Shown here: in pieces, positions 40,001-52,164 of the stretch
How positions within the stretch are numbered: position 1 is the stretch's first letter
Layout of the letters: every line of letters begins with the position of its first letter
The notes under the pieces: generated by a model
Told to the model about the DNA's origin: nothing
The model's input: the letters and a program-made list of their open reading frames with translations, nothing else
Databases searched by the model: none
Assembly: GCF_006345805.1 (NCBI RefSeq)
Contig: NW_021825710.1
Location: 276,474 to 340,473, forward strand
Direction: 5' to 3'
DNA: 64,000 bases
Source: Octopus sinensis
Taxonomy: Eukaryota
Made by a program: the position numbers and the translations under genes

Positions 40001-40338
40001 ATCTTGTAGTGGGGTACGACCACCGACTGTCAACCAAAAAAGTGTAGCGGGGGGAGGGGAGATACAATCAATTTTTGAATGTTACTTCGCAAATAGTTAC
40101 CTCCCTTGTACACAATAGTCACCATACACCAAAAATGGAGGCTTTTCTGACCCTTTCTCTAGAAGCCCCATTACTCCATAAGCGAAACATTTAAAGAGTG
40201 TAGAACCATCTGTCAAACGTAAGTGATGAATTTAACAAGTGTGAATGAAATCAGACGAAGAATATTGATTTTATGTGGAATCAACCTAATGGTCAATCAC
40301 ATATATACACACACACATCTTCTGTCATATATTATAGA
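37085..40338 (-). mobile_element. Helitron (RepHel helicase remnants) with recognisable termini
   Basis: ISSN...R.LG.PI.E.YP...L.VHLEN.Q.IYF; DAPSGTGKTFLLN...AVASSGIA.TLL.G; LLAGDF.QTLPI; LCNGT; RLQFPLNLSFAMTISKAQGQSL..VG...CFSHGQFYVGCSRV. The 5' end is A^TCTATAATATA at 40338. The 3' end has an imperfect hairpin then CTAA^T at 37085. Confidence 0.9.
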
Positions 40339-41329
40339 TGACAGAAGATATATTCATCCGAGAACATCTGATGTTCCCATCACTCTCTTCATTTATTCTT
40401 GATATCGTGTTGCAACCCACATTTTCTTGGTGGTTTTCCCCTACATCCTGGGTCATAACTAATTTATCATCTAGTTGGCTACCTGTCCTATCATCTGCAC
40501 AATAACAACAGAATGCATCACTGTAAAGAAATATTACAAAAAAGCACTACATCATGAGGAAAACAATATTTCTGTCAGGAAGGAGGAGAGGTTAGAACAT
40601 GTAATCCTACATATCAGTAATTTAAATTAACTAGATTTAAAATAAAGTAATACTTGGGATATTGTATAAAATTTTTTATTGCATCAAACCTTGGGCTTGT
40701 TTTCCTAACAAATCACAAAACACTGAAATTATATTTTTTTGTTTAGTTATTTTGATGATGGTCTTCTTTATACATCACTATGTAATTATATGTTCATTTA
40801 AAAAAAATTCTTCTACTTCACAGCTCAAGCTCAATTGCAGATCCAGCGGAAATTTTTCTGTCTTTTCCTCTTATTTTGTTGAAATCACAGAAGCACTGAT
40901 AACAACTATAGTGATAGCTAATTTCACAGTTCAAGCTCAATTTAAAGTGGCTAAAAGTTGTCATTGCAACACTGATTCACTGGCAAGTGAGTACAGCAGT
41001 GATCAGAATGACATATATACCAAGGTTATGATATTGTTTTGCAATCTTAGTGACAATTTAACTCTCTTTGCAAGGTCAACATATTGTTTCCAGCTATCAT
41101 TATTAAATGTAATAAAACTGTTTTTCACCCATGGAATACAATGCATTGTGCAAAAATTTGGTGAAAATTTGACAACTTTCACGGAGGTTCTGTCATTTGT
41201 AGCTAGTAGTCTTCAATCAAATACTCTGGCAATCATGATTATTTAATTGCTTTATCAGATCATCAGTTTTGAGATATATATAATATTTCACAAATTATTA
41301 GGTATTAATTATACCTAACATTGTTGTAC

Positions 41330-41770
41330 AAAACAACTTAAAGAAGTTGGACGTATAGCAGTCTAAAAGAAAGAACTGTACTGCCATCTGGAAAGAAGTC
41401 CTGCTTGATGTGCAACAAAAGGATTAAGTAGGGATCCCACATAGTGTACATAATGTAGAAAGTAATGTTGCATGGTAGTAAAACATGGGCATTAAGGAGA
41501 GAATGTGTGAATGCTGGAAAGAAATGTGGTGAGCATACAGCACTGGATGTATAAAGTTAGTGTGCATGAATGATGGAGCACAAATGGATTAAGGAAAACA
41601 GTGAGTATGAAAGGATCAGAAGAGAGGACAACAACTAGATAAAGAAGTGCTAAATGATTCAAGTGAAAGGAAATCATGGAAGAGGAAGTAGTAGTGAAAA
41701 ATGATCTCAGGCAGCTGAACCTCATGAACATGAATGACATGCAACAAGTGGTGAGCTGCTATGATGGGAA
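41330..41770 (+). mobile_element. RTE-like LINE 3' remnant, very degenerate
   Basis: VMLHGSKTW and LERNVVSIQHW-like remnants resembling the post-RT region of RTE elements. Confidence 0.45.
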
Positions 41771-42038
41771 AGAGCAAACAGAGAATAAATGGGCATAAAA
41801 TAGTCATAATTCATTGCTAACTAGTCACTAAGTACAGAAAAACAGACTATACTTCTTGAAGTTCTGAGAGCTTTATTTTGTAACTATAAGCCTTGTACTC
41901 ATGAGCAAACAAGAATGTGTGTGTATGCGTGTATGAAAATTTAAATAATAAGGGTAAAAAAATTGAATATTAATTTGATTAATATCAATTTAAACCAGTG
42001 CATATTTAAAAATCTGAAGATTCAGAAAAATTATATTA

Positions 42039-43085
42039 TTGGGTTGTCCAGAAAGTTCGTGCCCATTTATAGTAGCTTACCTTTTGACTTATTTTAGAAC
42101 ATGGTTGAATCCATAAAATTGGATTTGACTACACCTCCATTTAGAGCACAGTTTAAGCTGTGTTAATTCTGTAACCCTTTAAAATGGAAGATAAGAAAGT
42201 TCATTTTTGGCACTTGATGCTTTTCTTTTACCGTAAAGGGAAAATGCTTCACAAGCAACAAAAGAAATATGCGCAGTTTATGGTGATGTTTTTTTATCCA
42301 AAAGAACTGTACGGAAGTGGTTCGCAAGGTTCTGAGCTGGAGATTGTAGCCTTATTGATAAAGAGCAATCAGGCAGACCATCCACTACAGATGATGACCA
42401 AATCAAGTCATTAATTGAGAATAGCCCACATTGCACAACTCGAGAATTCGCAGAAAGCCTCAACCTATCAAATTTCATCATTCATGAGTACCTGGTAAAG
42501 CTTGGGTACACAAATCACTACGATGTTTGGGTACCACATGAGTTGAGTGAGAAGAATCTTTTGGATCACATTTGCATTTGTGATTCACTTTATAAACGGA
42601 ATGAAAATGCGCATTTTTTAATGCAAATTGTGACAGGTGATGAGAAATGGATTATCTACCGAAATGTTCAGAGAAAGCGATCCTGGAGTAAGCGACATGA
42701 GCCACCCTTAGCCACCCCAAAAGCAGGTCTTCACCCTAAAAATGTCTTGCTTTGTGTCTGGTGGGATTGGAAAGGAATTCTGTACTATAAGCTTCTCCCA
42801 AGTTACCTGACAATTAATTCTGAGAAATATTGCACACAACTGGATGAGTTAAAAGCAGCAATTCAAGAGAAATGTCCAGAATTGGCCAACAGGAAGGGTG
42901 TTGTTTTCCAACATGATAATGCAAGACTGCACATTTCTTTGGGAACCAGACAAAAATTGCTGCAGCTCAGCTGGAATGTGTTACCCCATCCTCCATATTC
43001 ACCAGATATTGCTCCTTCGGATTTCCATTTATTCAGGTCTCTGCAGAATAGTCTTAATGGTAAAAATTTCAATTCCTTGGGTGAC
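42039..43085 (+). mobile_element. mariner DNA transposon, 3'-truncated
   Basis: TA-ttgggttgtccagaaagttcg TIR. Frameshifted transposase from 42184; ORF 42543-43139 has IVTGDEKWIIY, LLCVWWDWKG, FQHDNAR and HPPYSPDIAPSDFHLFRSLQNSL. Confidence 0.93.
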
Positions 43086-43789
43086 ACTTTTGCGTCACCC
43101 AAGGAATTGAAAGGATTGTTCTTTTTCTTTTTTGTCTGAAACTTCCAATTCACCATAACTACCACAAGTCACCCTACTAAGGGATAAACCCTAGTTTATA
43201 TTTTCTTGGTTACCTCAAGAAAGTTTCTCTATCAAAATTCTGTACAGTGTGAACTCATGGACAAATAGGCTAGCATTTGCCAACCATACCTGATAATAAA
43301 CTGTTTCAATACACCAAGTTATGTAAGAATATCCAATGAAAATCAGTTATTAATTATTTTGGCTCTAAGACTTTTTTTATAATATACTTGAAAAATACTT
43401 TTACTTATTCAAGCCATAGTGCTTTGTCTGAAAGAATTCAAGTATATTACCATTATCTGGCTTCTATAAATAATCCATAATATATAGCAATAGTTGCTAA
43501 ACTGTTAAAGAGCTATAAAGTCATTAACACAATTAATTATCTAGCTAGCACCTAACAAGATGGTACTCTTAATGTTAGTAATGATTATGATCGTTTGAAC
43601 ATAATGGGTTGGAATGGCTCATACAATAAATAATTCATCAATAAAACTATATATATTAAATTTGCAAAAGGTTTTAGTTCTAGTAATAACACTTTTAAAC
43701 TTCACACACATGCATGCATGTGTGTGTGTAAAATTTCTCCAGGGAGGGAAGCTATAGCTTTGCAAAACACACCAATGCAGCCAATCTCA

Positions 43790-43792
<3 letters not shown>

Positions 43793-43856
<64 letters not shown>
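43793..43856. repeat. (TA)n microsatellite
   Basis: Direct observation. Confidence 0.95.
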
Positions 43857-44662
43857 TTAGAGCAATAAATGTGAATGTTACAGTTATAGAAAACAAAGCA
43901 GGAATGTGAATACAGCCATTTAAGTTAATATTAGATATAAGAGGGGTCCTGGTCAGGATAAGTAGTTTAAGAAAGTGAAATGGTTTTGCTTTTCTACTGG
44001 CACTTCATTATGAAGCAGTTAAGTACAGACCCTTTATCAGATACAAGAAAATTTTTTGAAAGACAAAGATGAATAGGTGTGCTGATGCATGAAAGATTTT
44101 CCTAAAAGCTGGTAATTAATGATGCAGGATTATGTAGAATAACACTGAGGGAATAAGATAGGTATTCAAATTAAGTGACATCTAATTTGGTTAAACTATG
44201 TTCTTGAAAGAGAAAAAGAGAAACCTTTCCAAGAAAATATTATGAAAAAGAAGATATCTAGTGGGAATTAATCTTATAAAAATAAATAGAAAGAAAATGA
44301 AGTAAAAAAAAAAACCTTCCTCTCTCTCTCTCTCTCTGTCTATCTAAATACTTAGTTCATTGAGGGACAATAATTACTCTTTATGCAAATTATTTCTCTC
44401 AGAAATTTAAATCATAGGGAAGTATGTATATTTGGAGACAGAAAGAAACCTAAATAAGATTATTTAATGGAAAAATATATAATAAATGATCTGGTATTAA
44501 CATTTATTATGACGGTCCAAGGAAGACAAAGGAAGTAATTGTGAAGGCAGATCTCAGAAAGTCGAACTTTAAAAAGGAGACAGCAGGCTACAAGTAGCAA
44601 GACACTGTTTTGGAGAGACCCATTCAATCCTTATAAACATGAAAAAACAGTTGTAGGATGAT

Positions 44663-44786
44663 GAGGAGGGGGAGGACAGAGAGGAGGAGGAGGACAGAGA
44701 GGAGGAGGAGGACAGAGAGGAGGAGGAGGACAGAGAGGAGGAGGAGGACAGAGAGGGGGAGGAGGACAGAGAGGAGAAGGAGGGGG
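44663..44786. repeat. 18-bp purine-rich minisatellite (GGAGGAGGAGGACAGAGA) x ~6
   Basis: Direct observation. It explains the spurious PPPPLC and LLLLSV ORFs. Confidence 0.9.
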
Positions 44787-44973
44787 TATTGAGTTGATAG
44801 AAAAAAAAAAGTAGATTGCTTTACAACTTGTCTTACAATATTTATTATTCTGATTTCCATGGTATAATTTAGCCATTTGTCTCTCTAAAGCTTATTCAGA
44901 TTACTATAACTCTTCCATAATTTCCTTGTGTATACATAAGAAATCCATATCTATTAAATGGAATTCACTTTAA

Positions 44974-45180
44974 CCCAGCTGAAACCACCTCTGGCTCTGT
45001 AGTACAAATGTCTTGCTTTCATAAGTTTCGAATTAAAATCCTCTACCAAACCTTAGTCACAATTTATGTTCCTAACACTAGCTTAATAATAACTAAGTTA
45101 TTTTACTAAATTCTTTGTTATATTTTAAATTAATTGAAAGAAATAGAGAGCATCTCAAAATAAATATGGTAAGGAAAGGG
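44974..45180. mobile_element. piggyBac-type MITE (reverse copy of 17008-17227 family)
   Basis: TTAA-ccc...ggg-TTAA. The interior is the reverse complement of 17008-17227. Confidence 0.82.
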
Positions 45181-45626
45181 TTAATGTCATGATAAATTCT
45201 TACCAAACTGAGTTCACAATACAGATCTGATTCCTGCTGCACCCACTTCATTCACTGAATTTATCTGCCACCTGATTTAACATCACCATTTGACCTTTAG
45301 AGGAGTTCTCTGGTTCAAAAATAGCATGTTCTCCTACAAGTCTCAGAGGCCTTGAAAAAGGTCATGTACATGGCTCTTCCTGGTTTGATTAAATCATTAA
45401 AAAATAATTTATCTATCACTGACACCCTCAAGGAATGCTTCAACAGCACAAATTTTCATTTCTTGGTCACTAAAATTAGATTTTATGCATATATAAAGAA
45501 TGGCTGTTTACTAAGAAGTTAAGAAAAATAGTAAAACAAATTGCTAGTAGCTGCAGACAGATTAAATTTTATAATTATAAATAATAATTATAAACATCAA
45601 CATAATTATAAATAATTATAAACATA

Positions 45627-46022
45627 GGCGTAGGAGTGGCTGTGTGGTAAGTAGCTTGCTTACCAACCACATGGTTCCAGGTTCAGTCCCACTGCGTGGC
45701 ACCTTGAGCAAGTGTCTTCTGCTATAGCCTCGGGCCGACCAAAGCCTTGTGAGTGGATTTGGTAGATGGAAACTGAAACAAGCCCGCTGTGTATATGTAT
45801 ATATATATATGTATGTGTGTCTGTGTTTGTCCCCCCAACATCGCTTGACAACCAATGCTGGTTTGTTAACATCCCCGTAACTTAGCAGCTCGGCAAAAGA
45901 GACCGATAGAATAAGTACTAGGCTTACAAAGATTAAGTCCTGGGGTCGATTTGCTCAACTAAAGGCGGTGCTCCAGCATGGCTACAGTCAAATGAGTGAA
46001 ACAAATAAAAGAGTAAAGAGTA
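45627..46022 (+). mobile_element. Full-length tRNA-derived SINE with CR1-like 3' tail
   Basis: A box tggctgtgtgg, B box ggttcagtccc, ggcaccttgagcaagtgtc core, internal microsatellite and 3' ggcggtgctccagcatggctacag...gaaac. Confidence 0.85.
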
Positions 46023-46084
46023 ATATTGATCTGAAATGCAGAGGTAAGTAGAAAATTAGACTTACTGGGATTAGGCACAATTAA

Positions 46085-46290
46085 CCCTTCAGCATTTAGA
46101 TTACTCTGTGAAGTGTATCGCTTATTTATTGAAAACATTTTGAATTAATCATGCATTATCTCATAATTTCAACGTTTCAATGATGTGATTATTTTTAGAA
46201 TGACATAGTGGGGTAGGCATGAGAGCTAGATTTGATTGGTTTGAACAGAAAACAAGAAGAATATTTTGGCTGCTTTAAATGCTTAAAGAA
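46085..46290. mobile_element. Second piggyBac-type MITE family, degenerate right end
   Basis: Begins TTAA-cccttcagcattta and ends taaatgcttaaag, forming an inverted terminus. Confidence 0.55.
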
Positions 46291-47699
46291 GTAGCCTAAG
46301 CTAATATCAAAGAAATATTCAATAAGTTGTGAAGTGAAATAGTCATAGACTGCAATTAAGCCGAATTGGCATAAAAAAATGTTTACATAGTTATTTGATC
46401 TTCTAGAAACAGCAGCTAAATATCCTCCAAATCACACTCAAGCATGTTTGAAAAAAGAACAATTGAACAATGTAGTCCTAGATATACAAAATGACAAGAT
46501 AGTCATGACTGAAATGCCTTTGACTATAGACTTGTTGGACCAAGGTTGACTTGGACTGAGTGACGTTAAGATTATTTAAAAAATAGTTCCATGGCTGGTT
46601 GTTGACAAATTTTTCCACTTTGTAAGGGTTCATTTACACAGTATTTTTGCCATTCTGATGTTCTAATGGCAATTCTGTGTTTGAAAAAATATCATCTAAT
46701 TTGTATCGGCCAATACACATTCCAATGCTTGTAAAAACAAATGTCAGTTTGTTTATATTCATACATGTAATAAAAAAAGTGTTTACATTTAGTTATACAC
46801 CTTACATTCTAGAAAACAATGGATCATGTACCAGTATATGTATTTACACACATAAATTTGCATATTATCTTTATAACATTTGCAATATGTCAAAATATTT
46901 CAAGAAGCCTAGACATGCTTTTGCCTTGGATTGCAACAAAGCAAGTGACATTTATTGGGTCTACTATGCTCTGCTATTCTCCACTTCTTACAACTAGTTA
47001 TTATTCATGTCCAGCCTTTATTATCTCTCTTACTAATACTACTATATTTACCACTTGTGCCCTCTTTTCTTAGCAAACATCCTCCTCTACATCTTGCCAA
47101 CACTACCCACCCCCTTCTCAATCTAGTCACTCATTGCTGATAAACATGACAATCTCTTACCTCTCACCATTTCCATGATCATCTACCAAGTAACTCTCTT
47201 GCCAGCAAACATGTAGTTTTTAATACTGCCTCTTTCTCATTACCCTCTGTCATTAAAGTCTTGTCCCTTTTCTCCCTCCTTTCCCACATTGTCACTCATT
47301 TCCTCATTTCACCCTAATTAATCTTCTGTAATCACTTTAATTTCTATCAACTCTATTAGCCATGGTGCCTGGAATAAATCATAACACCACTGAGCAGCAA
47401 GAACTATTTTATCTAGCAAGTACAAAGCAATCTTACTGTTGCTGGTGCCATGATAAAATGTACCTAGTTCATTTTATAAAGTGATTGTGGAATGAACAGA
47501 GAAACTAAAGTGTCAAAATGACTTGTTGAGAACATGACAATCTCATTACTACTGACGCCATTCTGTGAAGTGGTTAGTCTCAGGGGGAGCATCCAACTGC
47601 AAAAATCAAGCCAAAAATGAAATTAATAAGGAAGACATGGTCTTCCAAACAGTCACATGGAGCATTAACTCAGAAAAGGAACTAACTCAGACCACAATG

Positions 47700-48128
47700 A
47701 CCCCTCCAATCAATGCACCTTGGTCTTTTACTATAGGCCCAGGCTGACCAAAGATTTCTGAGTGGATTTAGTTGATAGAAAGTGAAAGAAATCAGTCATA
47801 TATATATATGACTGATATATATATATATATATATATATCAAGAGTTTACATCTGATGACAAAACAATAGGCATGTACTATAAGTGCTCATTTAGGTTCAC
47901 CACTAAAACTCTTTCTATATATATATGTATTGAGGTATGTATATACATATGTATGTATGTGTTTGTTGTCCACCACTGCTTGACAACCAGTGATGGTTTA
48001 GTTTTCTCCCATAACTTAACATTTTGGCAAAAGAGATGTACAGGATTCAATTTGTTCAACTAAACCCTGCAAGGTAGTGCCCAAGCATGACCACAGTCCA
48101 ATGACTGAAACAAGTAAAGGATAAAACT
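47700..48128 (+). mobile_element. Degenerate SINE (45627 family) interrupted by (TA)n
   Basis: Matches the core and 3' tail of 45627-46022. Confidence 0.6.
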
Positions 48129-48779
48129 GAGTGCTAGAAGAGTTGTGTCCCACCCTCTCTACCCTAAGAAATTGAACAACTTCTCTTCTAACTGCATCTG
48201 TCTCTTCCTCATATTTCCTTTTCATAAATTATGATTGTTTTCCAGTCTCCTTTCTTGCCCTCACTGTGCTGCTCACTGTATCACTGCTCCCCACACCCCT
48301 ACCCTATTTTTCTAACCAGGTTCCATGTTCATATCCTTGTTACTTGTGAGTATATCCTAGCACTACACCATCTCTCTTTTACTCACTCTTACACTTTTGA
48401 TGTTTTCTACTCTCTCTATTTCCTTTTGGTCACTCTCTCTCTCTCCTCATGTTTTCCCTCTGACTAGGTATCCAAGTATCTCCTTTACATCAGCACACTT
48501 GTTACTGGCCTCTCATTCTATTTCTCTCTCTCTCTCACTGGGTAACCATGTACCTCGTCTATAGCAAGACACCTATTTCTGCCTCTCTATTTCCCTGTTA
48601 CATTCTAACTTTTTATCATTTGATACTGCATCACCTCCTCTAATGCCCACTCTATTGTGGTAAGACACCTGCTTCTGTCTCTTTGTCACACTCTAACCTT
48701 TCATCTCTAACATAAGTTCCCCTCCTCAAATGCCCTGCCCTCTCATAATTCCTTGTCTTGTGAGTTACTTGGTTACCCT

Positions 48780-49072
48780 GCCAGTGCTGGTGCCACATTA
48801 AAAGCATCCAGTTCACACTGTAACATAGTTGGCATTTGGAAGGGCATCCAGCTGTAAAAATCATGCCAAAACTAACCTCACCTGTACTAGTGCCATGTAA
48901 AAAGCACTGAGTACACTCTGTGGAGTGGTTGGTGTTAGGAAGGGCATCCAACTGTAAAATGCCTGCCAAAACTGATGCAGTAGCCTATGGTAGATTTTCT
49001 ATCTGGCCGGCTCCTGTCAACCATCCTACCTAGATATGCATGGAAGATGGAAGTTAAATGATGATGATGATC
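48780..49072 (+). mobile_element. LINE-tail-like repeat with internal tandem duplication and (GAT)n tail
   Basis: Two copies of gtgcca..taaaagca...ggaagggcatcca.ctgtaaaa...tgccaaaact, ending in gatgatgatgat. Confidence 0.6.
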
Positions 49073-49883
49073 AGGTGTATATATACACACAGGTACACAC
49101 ATAATGCCATATTTACTTTGTTTACGCTGTACTCCATCTCTTACATGGAATGGTTATTACAAAACTTTTATAATGAAATGTTACATGAAAGATATGACTA
49201 CAAGGGCCAGGAAGCGTTGCAAATGTCTCCTGTCATAAGCTACTCTTAGAAAAGAGTAACCAATGCATGACAAATAAATGTTTTTTAGATTACACTAGTA
49301 GTAGCCATTGTGACAATATTTAACATGTGGTAAAAATTTACCTGTTTACACAAATCTCTTTAACACATTTACAGCCTAATAGACAACCCAAATAAAACAT
49401 TTTCCAGTTCTCTCTTGACCTTTGCTCTTGTGTTTTCTTATTTCTCCAAATCCATTTCTTTTAAATTTTGCTAGCATCATTACTCACTATGGCTTCTGTC
49501 AATTATCTGTTTAACTCATCACTATCCACTCCCAACAATCTTCTGTAACAACCAGTTAATGGCTCAAAATATCAAAACCAAGAACAACATTTATAGTTAA
49601 GTTTTCATAAATGGAAATGTATTATAAAATATTCAAGATGGTGCACCCATATGTAATGTGGACTCACATGGTTTAGCAGTTATTATAGTAGCAACTGGAT
49701 GTGATAAAGATAGAATTACCTGAAACTATGTACAGAAAAAAAAAAACTGTGATTTATACATCGAAATACACATGTGTGAGAATGTCTCAGACACACATAT
49801 TCATACAAATACCAAAAAAACACAGTGGCATTGAATAAAATATATTCATGCAGAAATAGTCCTGATATATATATATATATATT

Positions 49884-49928
<45 letters not shown>

Positions 49929-50435
49929 CTGGTTATAGATACTAAGATACTGGTAGCAGACAGATATAATTTTAATGTACCTATTAAGTCACCATGGGAA
50001 CAATGATGATTTTCATTTTACTAGGGATTGGACATATGTGTCTGTAGACTGCAGGATAAAGTTATTTTATTGTTCTGTTTCTTCACCTCAAATTGTTTAG
50101 ATGCATCATGACATATTTTACACTATAAATCAATCTAGGCAATAAACTTACCACAGATACTATATTAAGTTGTAGGGATTTTAGCGATTGCCTCAACATA
50201 TGCTTATACATTGGCAGGAGTCTTCCGTTACTTGTTGGCCATACAAAAAACGTTTTGGAATATGACCATCTTGCATTCGAACATGTTCTGTCTATTTGAA
50301 CTGAATTCTCAACAGCATGCTTTTTATGCTGGAGAATCTCTCTCTCTCTCTCCCTCTCTCTCACACACACACACACAGAAATAGGTATAAATAAAGGTAC
50401 GCACACGTGTGTGTGTGTGTGTGTGTATTTAAATA

Positions 50436-50932
50436 CAAGGATGGGCTGAAAAGTCCATAGGCTGATTATGAAAGAATGGTTCTAGAGCTGAGAAATCCTG
50501 CATGCATTAATTTCAACTCTTATTAATAACTACACTGTTTCTTTCAGGTAAACTGGCATCTAACTGTTCAAAGAAGACTTCAAAACTAACTAATAGTGAC
50601 TTCTCTTGAAAACTGACAAAATTTGGCACCATGATGTTATCAAATAACTGCAGAAAAATGGTTTAGACCCTAAGAACATTCATGCTGGTATGGTTGCTAC
50701 ATTAGGAGATGGTACTCCAGCTTTATCAACAATGCAAAAGTGGGCAGCTGAATTGGAAGGAAGAGTTTTGATGATGACCCAAGGTCTGGACATCTTGCAA
50801 CTGCCACCACCAAAGAAAACATCGACCATGTTCACCACATGGTGATGGATTATAAATCAAATAGCCAATGCTATTAGCATATCCCATGAGAGAGCTGAGA
50901 ATATTTTGCACAATAGACTTGGCATGACAATG
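50436..50932 (+). mobile_element. mariner 5' half (left piece of an element split by inversion)
   Basis: TA-caaggatgggctgaaaagtccataggctga TIR. Transposase remnants: ATLGDGTPALSTMQKWAAE..DDPRSG..ATATTKENIDHVH...ISHERAENILHNRLGMT. Confidence 0.85.
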
Positions 50933-51302
50933 TAAATTATTTATTTGTTCTGTATGTTCAATTAATATAGCAAAACCATTCTGGACCAATTTTAATGTAA
51001 GGGATTATCTATAATGCAAGTAAAAGAAAGGCTTCTTCGAGGGCTACTGTTAAAATCATGTTAAGCATGAGGGTAGCATTTTAACTCTGTTTTCTAGCAT
51101 TAAAATTTGGGTCACATTCTATACATGATTGCATGGCATATGCATAGTAAATACAGAATATCTCACTGGCTGCCTGTAAAAAAAAAAATCTCTTAATATT
51201 TATCTCCTAGAATATCTGTTAGATAGATTTATAATCTGTTTTAGCATCAAAACACTTTTATCAGTATTCTCTCTCTCTCTCCTTAATATTAAGAAATATT
51301 TC

Positions 51303-51314
<12 letters not shown>

Positions 51315-51373
<59 letters not shown>

Positions 51374-51400
51374 GAGAGAGAGAGAGAGAGAGAGAAAGAG
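51315..51400. repeat. (GA)n microsatellite
   Basis: Direct observation. Confidence 0.95.
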
Positions 51401-52073
51401 ATGTTAGATACCATTGGTTTAATCATACTCTGATGTTTTTGACATGATTATTTTTCTGCTTCTGCTCGATATTATCAGCAACAAGATTATTGATTAAGAA
51501 CTAAATACCTATGAATCTTCCTCCATCTGCTTATCCTGACCAAAGTAAACTCTTTTTACAACCACTATAATTTTTAAACATACATTTAGATTGTATTTCT
51601 GCACTCAGCAACTGAACTTGTGTTAGTGTATGCATTGAACTTTCCACTGCGTTTATTCTGTGTAGGTATTGTGATTTGTTACACAATATTTCATAGCATA
51701 CAAACATTATATATTTTGCAGCCCTGTGTTTCAAGGGTTTTGACAGTTGGTTGAAGATATATATTTTTGGAGATTTCTAATTAGCAGATTTCGACATTAT
51801 CAAAATTTCATGTTACATAGACAATCAGCAGTGAAGAAGAGAAGGTCGATAAATACATGTATTGTAGGCTGCTGTATGAATTTTTCATAAAAGAAACTAA
51901 AAATAAGAGAACAAATGAAAGTGCCAATAATGATAAAAATAAGAGAACAAATGAAAGTGCCAATAATGATAAGTAAAAAATATATATATACTTTTAACAT
52001 TAAAACATTACAATTCTTGCCAATGCCAGTTTCCTTCAATTCTCTGTTACCTGTGTAAATATAGGTATATGTA

Positions 52074-52104
<31 letters not shown>

Positions 52105-52164
52105 TTACATGAGGATATATTTATATATGTGTATTTCTTGCCCACTTATTTCTTTTAATGTGTG

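Noticed and set aside
40662-41246. 194-aa plus-strand ORF
   Set aside because: No recognisable domain and a TTG start. It is more likely the antisense of a decayed transposon region.
44624-44876. PPPPLC-repeat and LLLLSV-repeat ORFs
   Set aside because: Produced by an 18-bp minisatellite, with no other coding support.
26785-47870. Other CTGATGA occurrences (e.g. about 26790, 35353, 47852) as hammerheads
   Set aside because: None is followed by stem II, GAAA and a UH site.
51898-51972. ~35-bp tandem duplication
   Set aside because: A simple local slippage duplication with no further structure.
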